Shown here in pieces: positions 36,727-43,911 of a DNA stretch of 43,911 nt (within the stretch, counting starts at the first letter, position 1; each line of letters opens with the position of its first letter). The DNA is taken from positions 1-43,911 of the forward strand of contig JACDHV010000001.1 in assembly GCA_013820855.1 (NCBI GenBank), written 5' to 3'. The translations under genes and the position numbers were made by a program. The notes under the pieces were generated by a model. The model had not been told where the DNA came from. It worked only from the letters and a program-made list of their open reading frames with translations, and did not search any database. The stretch is from Gemmatimonadales bacterium. GTDB lineage: Bacteria; Gemmatimonadota; Gemmatimonadetes; Gemmatimonadales; GWC2-71-9.

Positions 36727-37706
36727 TCCATCGCGAATTCGCGGTTGAACACGACCTCGAAGCTGAAAGTCTTCGCTCGCGTCCGAGTCTCCATCAGCTC
36801 CGCGATCCGCCTGAGGCGGCTCGGGATCTCCATGATCTTCTCCTGCGCCTTCCGGCCGAGCTCTCCCAATCCGTCCAGGCTGTCGATCTTCCAGTAGCGG
36901 ATCTGCTCCTGCACGATACGCAGGTAGTCCCTGGGGCCGTAGATGCCCGACCGACGGATCACCTCGGCGAGGTCCTTGAAGCCGGGAATCGTGATTCCGG
37001 GCATGTCGATCGCCGGCAGGATGAACGAGGCCGAGTGGAGGGCCTGGTCGGGATCTCGCTTGAGGATCTCCTCGAAGACGGTGCGATAGAAGGCGTAGTG
37101 CCGGGCCTCGTCCTTGGCCACCTGGCTGAGCACCTCGCCCAGCCGCGGCTCGTACTCGCCGACGATCTTCCCCGTTTCGCTGTGCGAGAACTGGGTGGCG
37201 CGCTCCTGCACCGTCGTGTAGGCGAAGACCCGGTAGGGGTCGCGGTCCCAGGCCGGATGGAAGCCCCGGCGCAGGTACTCGAACTGCATCTCCTCGATCT
37301 TGCGCTGATCGAACAGCCGGGTGTCGCGGGCATAGTCGTGGAGCACCTGGCCATGCCGGTCCTCTTCCGCGGTCCAGAGATTGTTCCACAGGCGCCAGAA
37401 GCTCTCGTCGCCCAGGTAGACCGCGAGCAGGCGGTGGAAGTGCGGGAGACCCTCTTCGGTGAGGAGGTTCAGGGCGAGGGCGGCGCGTGCGTGGTCGGGG
37501 ATGCCCTGCGCCCGGGCCCGAAGCTGCGCCTGGAACTCGTCGGGGTCGGCATCGGGCTCCGGCCCGAGCAGGTCCGATGGAAGCCAGAGATCCCGCTTTC
37601 GCTCATGCAGCTCCATGAGCTCGCCCACGCGCCCCTCGAGATCCCGCAGGACTTCCATCTTGGATTCGAGCTCGCGCGCGGGGTCGGTAATGGTACCCAT
37701 GAGCAT
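36723..37706 (-). CDS. Soluble acyl-ACP desaturase (di-iron, FA_desaturase_2; DesA1/DesA2 / plant stearoyl-ACP desaturase family)
   Basis: Two EXXH di-iron motifs (WTAEEDRHG and AKDEARHY) plus the partner glutamates (LLTEEGLP and TVQERATQ). Confidence 0.85.
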   Translation of the reverse strand: MLMGTITDPARELESKMEVLRDLEGRVGELMELHERKRDLWLPSDLLGPEPDADPDEFQAQLRARAQGIPDHARAALALNLLTEEGLPHFHRLLAVYLGDESFWRLWNNLWTAEEDRHGQVLHDYARDTRLFDQRKIEEMQFEYLRRGFHPAWDRDPYRVFAYTTVQERATQFSHSETGKIVGEYEPRLGEVLSQVAKDEARHYAFYRTVFEEILKRDPDQALHSASFILPAIDMPGITIPGFKDLAEVIRRSGIYGPRDYLRIVQEQIRYWKIDSLDGLGELGRKAQEKIMEIPSRLRRIAELMETRTRAKTFSFEVVFNREFAME

Positions 37707-37738
37707 CCCAGGACAGCGGTTAGCCTTCAGAAATGCGG

Positions 37739-37776
37739 ACCGGACCAGCCCCGTAAGATAGCGCGGCTGGTCCGGT
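37739..37776 (-). terminator. 12-bp perfect hairpin with a 14-nt loop, between the GNAT stop and the desaturase start
   Basis: ACCGGACCAGCC...GGCTGGTCCGGT read directly from the sequence. It lies 28 nt downstream of the GNAT stop. The U-tract is weak, so it could equally be a leader structure of the desaturase mRNA. Confidence 0.45.
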
Positions 37777-37803
37777 GAATGCCAACGAGGGCGGCCCTGC
37801 CGT

Positions 37804-38235
37804 TCAGCCTGGAACCGTCAGCCGTTTCTCCATCAGCGACCACGGCCGCTGGCCGATGTAGTTCTCACGCCGGAATATGGGGTCCCATCCGAGGGCGGCC
37901 AGAAGACCTTCGGAGCGCTCGTCCTCGGTCCAGAATTCGGCCAGGTGAGCCCCGCCGTCCACGGCGCGCTGCTCGAAGGCGGCGAGAAGCCGGTGGGCAT
38001 GGCCGCGGTGCCGCTCCTGCGGCAGGACCACGACATCCACCAGGTGGGCCACCCCGCCGCGCAACCAGTAGCGCAAGCCCCCGATCCAGTCACCGATCTC
38101 ATTGCTGAGCATGAGGTAACGCTCTTCGGGCCCGCCGCTCCGGCCGGCCGCCTCCTCCTCCTGCTCGATCAGCTCGGAGTACCAGGCGGCGAAATCGTCG
38201 TCCTGTTCCATTTCCCGGATGGTGAGCTCACCCAT
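37804..38235 (-). CDS. GNAT-family N-acetyltransferase
   Basis: 143-aa protein with an acetyl-CoA-binding-type segment VVVLPQERHRGHAHRLLAAFEQRA (the Q/R-x-x-G-x-G/A region). Confidence 0.7.
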   Translation of the reverse strand: MGELTIREMEQDDDFAAWYSELIEQEEEAAGRSGGPEERYLMLSNEIGDWIGGLRYWLRGGVAHLVDVVVLPQERHRGHAHRLLAAFEQRAVDGGAHLAEFWTEDERSEGLLAALGWDPIFRRENYIGQRPWSLMEKRLTVPG

Positions 38236-38362
38236 GATGCCCTGCCAGATTAGGAGACAGCCTTCGACTTACGCAACAGTGGTGCCAGCGCGAGGGTTCC
38301 TCTGTGAAGCGAGTCACCTGCGCCGGGTCGGGCCGCTTACTTATTTTGACCGGGAGTCGTAG

Positions 38363-38378
38363 CTAGTCTGGTGACTAG
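38363..38378 (+). promoter_or_regulatory. 6-4-6 inverted repeat CTAGTC-tggt-GACTAG abutting the trxC RBS; candidate operator or mRNA hairpin
   Basis: Read directly from the sequence. It is followed by AGGAGG (38379-38384) and ATG 38393. It sits in a locally AT-richer stretch containing TTGACC (38346-38351). Confidence 0.3.
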
Positions 38379-38392
38379 AGGAGGCGGACGCA

Positions 38393-38860
38393 ATGGCGAA
38401 CAATGGACAACCGAGCCGGCCAGCGGTGGTAAAGTGCGTTTTCTGCGGCACCGTCAACCGGGTGGATCTGGCTCGGCTCTCGGCGGGGCCGCAGTGTGGT
38501 AAGTGCGGCCGGCCGATCCGGCTGGACCGCCCCCTGGCGGTGACCGACGCCGATTTCGAGAAGACCATCCAGGGCTCGAGCGTGCCGGTTCTGGTGGATT
38601 TCCACGCCGACTGGTGTGGCCCCTGCAAGATGATGGCGCCGGTGCTCGATGACTTCGCCAGGCGTCACGCCGGGGAAGTGCTGGTGCTGAAACTGGACAC
38701 CGATGCCAATCCGGCGACACCCTCCCGGTTCGGCATCCGGGGTATTCCGACCCTGATCGTCTTCGAGCACGGGCGGGAGGCCCGGCGCCACGTGGGCGCG
38801 GCGCAGCTGCAGGATCTGGAGAAGCTGGTGGCGCTGAAGGAAGCGGCGTCGGGGGTATAG
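38393..38860 (+). CDS. trxC: Thioredoxin 2 type (N-terminal zinc-finger extension plus Trx fold)
   Basis: N-terminal CVFC...CGKC (two CxxC) followed by the WCGPC active site. AGGAGG lies 8 nt upstream. Confidence 0.9.
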   Translation: MANNGQPSRPAVVKCVFCGTVNRVDLARLSAGPQCGKCGRPIRLDRPLAVTDADFEKTIQGSSVPVLVDFHADWCGPCKMMAPVLDDFARRHAGEVLVLKLDTDANPATPSRFGIRGIPTLIVFEHGREARRHVGAAQLQDLEKLVALKEAASGV

Positions 38861-38863
38861 CCC

Positions 38864-40210
38864 TCAAACGCCGGCGGCGACCGCGATCCCGATGGCCAGC
38901 GCGGCCAGCACTAGTAGCGAGATGAACAGGGCTCCGGCGAACCGCAGCCACTCCTCGTAGCGCACCCCTGAAGCGGCCAGCATCGCCATCAGCGCTCCGT
39001 TGGTCGGGGTGATCAGCTCGCACAGCCCCGCGCCGTACTGGTAGGCGAGCACGGTCACCTGGCGGGACAGACCGATCAGATCGGAGAGCGGCACCAGCAG
39101 GGGCAGGGTGAGCACGGCCTGTCCGCTGGTGCTCGGGACCGGCACGTGGATCAGAATGTGGGCGGCCATCATCGCCAGCGCCGAGACGCCGACGGGCAGA
39201 CCGGCGATCGGGGTGAAGAGCCCGTGCACGATGGTGTCCACCACCCGTCCCTGCTCCAGCACCACGTAAATCGCCCTGGCGAATCCGATCAGCAGCGACG
39301 CGAACGCCATGGAGCGGAATCCCTCGACGAATGCGTCCGCCGTCCCGGCGAGCCTGAGGCCACCCAGCAGTCCTCCCACCACCCCCATCACGAAGAAGAC
39401 GGCCGACAGCTGGTCGAAGTCCCACTGGTACTCGAGCACGCCGATCACAAAGGCGACGAAGCTCACGACCACCGTGAGCAGCACCGCGGCGTGGCGCCAG
39501 CCGGCGACCGGGCCGATGGCTCCCGTCCCGTCCGCCGGCCGGACCGGCACGCGGGTCCGCCGCGCGTGCACCATGGTTCCGGCTATCCAGAGCGCCAGCG
39601 CGGGCAGCATGAACGCCACCCGAAACTGCCAGCCCGACAGCAGCTCCAGCTCGGCGACCTTCTGGGCGATGCCGACCTGGAACGGGTTGATGAAGCTGAA
39701 CGAGGCGCCGACCGCCGAGGCGCCGAGGCTCATGGCCACGGCGGTAACGGGTGTGAAGCCGAGGCGCGACGTCAGCAGGAGCAGCACGGGGACGAAGGCG
39801 ATCAGCTCTTCCTGCATCTGGAGGAGCACGCCGCCGGTGCCGAACGCCAGCCCCGCCACCGGTATCATCAGCAGCCCGCGCCCCGACAGGGCGGCGACCA
39901 GGGAGTTGACCAGCCGGGTCAGGGCGCCGGTACGCTCCACCACGGCAAAGCCGCCGCCGACCAGAAAGACGTAGAAGATGACCGAAGCCGCCTCGATCAT
40001 ACCGCGCGGGATGCCCACGAGCGCCTGGAAGGGCGTCACCGGCATGGCCTCGACCGGAGCGTAGGTCCCCGGAACGACCACGTTCCGGCCGGTGGCCGGG
40101 TCTTCCCGCCGCTGGTACTCCCCGGCCGGGAGCAGCCAGGTGAGCGCCGCCGCGATCAGGATGCAGGCGACGAGCAGGGTGAGTGGATGGGGAAATCGCG
40201 GAGTCGTCAC
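38864..40210 (-). CDS. YfcC-family (DcuC/ArcD-like) anion/amino-acid transporter
   Basis: 448-aa polytopic protein. The N-terminal FPHPLTLLVACILIAAALTWLLPAGEYQR...G..VVPGTY and VIFYVFLVGGGF are typical of YfcC proteins. Confidence 0.8.
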   Translation of the reverse strand: MTTPRFPHPLTLLVACILIAAALTWLLPAGEYQRREDPATGRNVVVPGTYAPVEAMPVTPFQALVGIPRGMIEAASVIFYVFLVGGGFAVVERTGALTRLVNSLVAALSGRGLLMIPVAGLAFGTGGVLLQMQEELIAFVPVLLLLTSRLGFTPVTAVAMSLGASAVGASFSFINPFQVGIAQKVAELELLSGWQFRVAFMLPALALWIAGTMVHARRTRVPVRPADGTGAIGPVAGWRHAAVLLTVVVSFVAFVIGVLEYQWDFDQLSAVFFVMGVVGGLLGGLRLAGTADAFVEGFRSMAFASLLIGFARAIYVVLEQGRVVDTIVHGLFTPIAGLPVGVSALAMMAAHILIHVPVPSTSGQAVLTLPLLVPLSDLIGLSRQVTVLAYQYGAGLCELITPTNGALMAMLAASGVRYEEWLRFAGALFISLLVLAALAIGIAVAAGV

Positions 40211-40217
40211 CTCCCGC

Positions 40218-40490
40218 TCAAAGCGGGAGGCACTGAACGGCGGTGGGCGGCCGCCGGGAGCAGGCGATGCTCTCGTCCATGCCCTGCGCCAGCGGGCCGC
40301 ACGCTGCGGTCTGGGCCTGCTCGGTGGCCGACGACTCCGTCTCTCCCGAGGCGGTGGCGGTGCGCCGCTCGCCCTGGAAGTCGACCGTGACGGTGCACTC
40401 GACCCGCTGGACCTCGAGCGTGGAGTAGAACAGGAAGGCGATGAACCCGACGATCACCAGAACGGTCACGAGCCGCGCGCGACTGGCCAT
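40218..40490 (-). CDS. Small membrane-anchored protein (90 aa, 4 Cys), unknown function
   Basis: N-terminal TM helix LVTVLVIVGFIAFLFY. It lies 7 nt upstream of yfcC and is ATG-initiated. Confidence 0.5.
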   Translation of the reverse strand: MASRARLVTVLVIVGFIAFLFYSTLEVQRVECTVTVDFQGERRTATASGETESSATEQAQTAACGPLAQGMDESIACSRRPPTAVQCLPL

Positions 40491-40577
40491 GGAGGACGGA
40501 ACCGGATGGGGGAGGACAGGGGTGAACGGAACGGTGCCGGGAAATATCTGATCGCGGCCGGCGCGGGGGAAGAGGCG

Positions 40578-40898
40578 CTAGGGGCTCACCGACTCCGCGA
40601 TCCACTCGAGGTAGCCCGGATCGCCTTCCCTGACGGCCACCGCGATGATCTCCGGCGTCTCGTAGGGATGCAGCTCGCGGATTCGCGCCATCAGGAGCGG
40701 TACCCTGGCGGCCGTGGTCTTCAGGTGACAATACCATTCGGCCGCCGTCTCCACCTCCCCCTGCCACCGGTAGACGCTCGACACCGGCCCGACCACCTGG
40801 GCGCAGGCCGCGAGTCGCTCCTCCACCAGCTGTCCACCGAGCCGGTGGGCCGCCTCACGATCGGGAAGCGTGGTGGTGACCTGGCGGCACTCGGTCAC
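40578..40898 (-). CDS. cutA: Divalent-cation tolerance protein CutA
   Basis: 106-aa protein with LAACAQV...SVYRWQGEVE...E......KT......L...I.ELHPYE.PEI, the canonical CutA1 pattern. Confidence 0.9.
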   Translation of the reverse strand: MTECRQVTTTLPDREAAHRLGGQLVEERLAACAQVVGPVSSVYRWQGEVETAAEWYCHLKTTAARVPLLMARIRELHPYETPEIIAVAVREGDPGYLEWIAESVSP

Positions 40899-40923
40899 GG
40901 CAGCGTTTCCTCCTGTCGGAGCC

Positions 40924-41232
40924 TCACTCGCCCAGCGGCACCACGCCGAGCCGCCAGCCGCTCCGGAACTCCACCGTCACCCGATGGCTCAGCGGATCGG
41001 CCACCGCGTCGACGACGTCCGGCTGGGCGCGGGCGAATGCCACGGCGCTGTCCTGGTGCGTCTGGGCGAACTCCCGCCCGATGGCTGCCGCCTGGGCCTG
41101 CTCACGGCCGTAGCGCGCGAACTGATCGGCCGGCACTAGCCCGCCTGAATCGGAGATGCGGGAGTAGTAGTCGTAGTCCCGGCAGGAAGAGAGCGCCAGG
41201 GTCAACACCAGGAAGGCAGAGCCACGAATCAT
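40924..41232 (-). CDS. Lipoprotein (102 aa), unknown function
   Basis: Signal peptide MIRGSAFLVLTLALSSC with a canonical LSSC lipobox. Confidence 0.6.
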   Translation of the reverse strand: MIRGSAFLVLTLALSSCRDYDYYSRISDSGGLVPADQFARYGREQAQAAAIGREFAQTHQDSAVAFARAQPDVVDAVADPLSHRVTVEFRSGWRLGVVPLGE

Positions 41233-41332
41233 CGGCGCCTCGGGATGGGGGTCGGAGCCACGCCCGAAACTAATGCGCGGCGCCTCCCGCGGCGACGGGT
41301 TAGCTTACGCTTTTTCCTCACCGGGGCTCCAC

Positions 41333-42961
41333 ATGAGCGGTCTTCCCAACATTCCCCATCCCAGCAACGAGCCGGTGCTGAGCTACGCGCCCGGGAGCCC
41401 GGAGCGCGCCGCGCTCAAGGCGTCGCTGAGCGCCGTGGGAGCGCAGCAGATCGACGTCCCGGCCGTGGTCGCCGGGCGGGAGGTGCGCACGGGGGACACG
41501 CACGACATCGTGTCGCCCCACTGCCACCAGCGGGTGCTCGCCAGGGTGCATCAGGCGGACGCCGCCACCATCACGTCGGCCACGAAGGCGGCGATCGAGG
41601 CGCAACGCGACTGGGGCCACTGGCGCTTCGAGGACCGTGCGGCGGTGTTCCTCAAGGCCGCCGACCTGCTCGCGACCGTCCACCGGCAGCTGCTCAACGC
41701 GGCGACCATGCTGGGCCAGAGCAAGACCGCCTTCCAGGCCGAGATCGACAGCGCCTGCGAGTTGATCGATTTCCTCCGCTTCAACGTGCACTTCGCCGAG
41801 CGGATCTACCGCGAGCAGCCGGAGTCCTCGGCCGGGATGTGGAACCGGATGGATCACCGGCCGCTGGAAGGCTTCGTCTACGCCATCACGCCCTTCAACT
41901 TCACCGCGATCGGGGGCAACCTGCCGACCGCGCCGGCGCTCATGGGCAACGCGGTGATATGGAAGCCCTCGGCCACGGCGACCCTCAGCAACTGGCACTT
42001 CTTCCGGCTGCTCCAGGAGGCCGGGCTGCCCCCGGGCGTCATCAACTTCCTGCCGGGCGACTCGATCGAGATAAGCAACACCTTGCTGGCCGACCGCCAC
42101 CTCGCGGGGATTCACTTCACCGGCTCGACTCCGGTCTTCCAGAGTCTCTGGCGCACCGTGGGCGAGAATCTGCCGAAGTACGCCGGGTACCCCCGGATCG
42201 TAGGGGAGACCGGCGGCAAGGACTTCATCGTGGCGCACGCGAGCGCCGACGCCGAGGCGCTGGCCGTCGCCATGGTCAGGGGCGCGTACGAGTACCAGGG
42301 TCAGAAGTGCAGCGCCGCCTCGCGGGCCTATGTCCCCGACACGCTCTGGCCCGAGGTGCGCGATCGGGCGATCGCCATGGTCGGCGATATCCGGATGGGC
42401 GACGTCGCGGACTTCCGCAACTTCATGGGGGCGGTGATCGACCGGCGAGCCTTCGAGCGCATCCGGGGGTACCTGGACCGTGCCAGAAACGATGCCGGCG
42501 TCAGGATCCTCGCCGGCGGCGGCGCCGACGACTCGGTCGGGTGGTTCGTCGAGCCCACGCTGCTGGAGGTGGACGACCCGGCGTACCGCACGATGTGCGA
42601 GGAGATCTTCGGGCCGGTGATGACGGTGCACGTCTACCCCGCCGGCCGGTGGTCGGAGACGCTCGCCCTGGTGGACCGGACCGGACCGTACGCGCTGACG
42701 GGCGCCGTCTTCGCGCAGGACCGCGCCGCGGTGGCCGAGGCGGACCGCGCGCTGCGGTACGCGGCGGGCAACTACTACGTCAACGACAAGCCGACCGGCG
42801 CGGTGGTGGGCCAGCAGCCGTTCGGCGGCGGCCGTGCCAGCGGCACCAACGACAAGGCGGGCTCGGTGCTGAACCTGCTTCGCTGGGTCTCGCCCCGGGC
42901 GATCAAGGAGACGTTCGCGCCGCCGAAGGACTACCGGTACCCGTTCATGGGGGAGGCGTGA
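41333..42961 (+). CDS. pruA: L-glutamate gamma-semialdehyde (1-pyrroline-5-carboxylate) dehydrogenase
   Basis: ALDH signatures ETGGKD and GQKCSAASR. Its length of about 542 aa is typical of stand-alone P5CDH. Start set to ATG 41333 (MSGLPNIPHPSNEP) rather than the track start at 41273. Confidence 0.9.
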   Translation: MSGLPNIPHPSNEPVLSYAPGSPERAALKASLSAVGAQQIDVPAVVAGREVRTGDTHDIVSPHCHQRVLARVHQADAATITSATKAAIEAQRDWGHWRFEDRAAVFLKAADLLATVHRQLLNAATMLGQSKTAFQAEIDSACELIDFLRFNVHFAERIYREQPESSAGMWNRMDHRPLEGFVYAITPFNFTAIGGNLPTAPALMGNAVIWKPSATATLSNWHFFRLLQEAGLPPGVINFLPGDSIEISNTLLADRHLAGIHFTGSTPVFQSLWRTVGENLPKYAGYPRIVGETGGKDFIVAHASADAEALAVAMVRGAYEYQGQKCSAASRAYVPDTLWPEVRDRAIAMVGDIRMGDVADFRNFMGAVIDRRAFERIRGYLDRARNDAGVRILAGGGADDSVGWFVEPTLLEVDDPAYRTMCEEIFGPVMTVHVYPAGRWSETLALVDRTGPYALTGAVFAQDRAAVAEADRALRYAAGNYYVNDKPTGAVVGQQPFGGGRASGTNDKAGSVLNLLRWVSPRAIKETFAPPKDYRYPFMGEA

Positions 42962-43761
42962 GGGGGACGCTGGTCTCGTGTGCGGCCCTGGTGCTGCCCT
43001 TGTCGCGCACTCTCCACGCCCAGGCAACCGTGCCCTCCCCTCCCGCCTACCTCGCCACCCAGCTGCACTGCGCCCGCTTCGCCGAGACCTCTCGCGGCGA
43101 GGTCGAGACCCAGACGGCGCGGAGATCGGTGAAAGGAACCACGGACCGGGACGGTGCCTGGAGCTTTCAGGCCCGGGACAGCGCCGGAGTCGTGGTGCTC
43201 GAGGGCTGGTACGAGTCGCTGTCCCTGCGCCGGCGGACCGCGGAGAGCGAGATTTCCGCCGACACCGACGGGCTGATCGGCGGGCGCTATCGGGGCCTGC
43301 TGCGACGGTCGGGCGGCTACGCCGAGGTCGCCGTCCCGTTCGTTCCCGATGAGGTCGCCGAGGTGGCCGATCTCTCCGGCGCCGCGCGGGATCTCTTCCC
43401 GCCGCTGCCGCCGGAATCGCTTCGGCCCGGCCAGTCGTGGAGGGGACCGGAAGTCGAGCTCACCCGGCTTCCGGACACGTCGGTCGCGGGCCGGCCGATG
43501 CTCCGTTTCCGTCTCGAGGCGCGGAGCGACGCCCGCGAAGTGGTTCCCCGCGGCGACACGGTGCCGATCCCGGTGCGCCAGACCACGCTCGAGCAGGGCG
43601 AGATCCTCTGGTCACCGGCATCCGGACTGGTCCGGCGGACCCGCGACATCACGATCGAGGCGACGATTCCCTCCGGCGGCCGGATCAGAGAGCCGGTTCG
43701 CTTCCGGGTGGTCCAGCGGGTCGAGCTCACCCGCCTTTCCCAGCGAACCGCCTGCGGCTGA
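42958..43761 (+). CDS. Secreted hypothetical protein (267 aa)
   Basis: GTG 42958 forms a GTGA overlap with the pruA stop. The signal peptide reads VRGTLVSCAALVLPLSRTLHAQA. It corresponds to the C-terminal part of the artefactual track ORF 41245..43761. Confidence 0.6.
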   Translation: MRGTLVSCAALVLPLSRTLHAQATVPSPPAYLATQLHCARFAETSRGEVETQTARRSVKGTTDRDGAWSFQARDSAGVVVLEGWYESLSLRRRTAESEISADTDGLIGGRYRGLLRRSGGYAEVAVPFVPDEVAEVADLSGAARDLFPPLPPESLRPGQSWRGPEVELTRLPDTSVAGRPMLRFRLEARSDAREVVPRGDTVPIPVRQTTLEQGEILWSPASGLVRRTRDITIEATIPSGGRIREPVRFRVVQRVELTRLSQRTACG

Positions 43762-43770
43762 CAGCCGCGA

Positions 43771-43911
43771 TCAGGTGCTCCGGCGGGCCCCGGCGCGGCG
43801 GCTCGCGAGGAAGCGTTGCTCCGGATCGAACAGCAATGCGGTGACCAGAAAGGCGGCGAGCGTGGCGCCGAGGACGGCGCCGGCGTCGGCCGCGGCCGTG
43901 AACTCCGCGTG
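43771..43911 (-). CDS. 3' end (46 codons) of a CDS entering from beyond the window; hydrophobic C-terminal segment
   Basis: The open frame runs from the window edge to TGA at 43771-43773 with 43 of 46 GC third positions (AVLGATLAAFLVTALLF...). There is no homology call. Confidence 0.35.
   Translation of the reverse strand, partial: HAEFTAAADAGAVLGATLAAFLVTALLFDPEQRFLASRRAGARRST

Noticed and set aside
41318-43027. A 569-aa ORF lies antisense to pruA.
   Set aside because: It is a shadow ORF. The plus-strand frame has the canonical ALDH catalytic motifs.

Overview
43.9-kb, very GC-rich (about 70% by eye, not computed), densely coding bacterial chromosomal segment. I support about 46 CDS, mostly on the minus strand. 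I found no rRNA, tRNA, IS/transposase, integrase, prophage or CRISPR signal. Many long ORFs in the track are GC-driven shadow frames, or fusions of adjacent genes through in-frame upstream read-through. I re-set starts using stop/start overlaps (ATGA, GTGA, TTGA), GGAGG-type RBSs and conserved N-termini. Layout: (1) 112-14758 is a cell-envelope glycan island. It holds a compact ubiA-dprE1-dprE2 operon for a polyprenyl-phospho-arabinofuranose donor, preceded by an unassigned FAD oxidoreductase. It also has two GT-C membrane glycosyltransferases, a 4-TM GT2 polyprenyl-phosphate sugar synthase, Wzm/Wzt ABC exporter genes, three further GT2s and a GT4. (2) 14860-18843 is an overlapping operon: unknown 226-aa protein, PolX, endonuclease III, secreted beta-propeller protein. 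(3) 18872-25245 holds an alpha/beta hydrolase, a GAF (fRMsr-like) protein, and a peptide-scavenging block (OPT transporter, small membrane protein, M42 and M28-PDZ peptidases). (4) 25459-28271 holds two small membrane proteins (one is a 49-aa lmo0937-family ORF missing from the ORF track), PBP4/DacB, and a repeat-tailed lipoprotein. (5) 28375-35232 is acyl-CoA dehydrogenase, fused homocysteine methyltransferase/MTHFR, and MetH. (6) 35386-43911 holds yggT-yggU, acyl-ACP desaturase with a coupled putative lipoprotein, GNAT, TrxC-type thioredoxin, YfcC transporter, CutA, P5C dehydrogenase and several small secreted or lipoproteins. The most interesting system is the left-hand island. Its gene content mirrors the logic of the mycobacterial arabinogalactan locus, but the gene order and genomic context do not look mycobacterial. 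Taxonomy cannot be established from this window alone.
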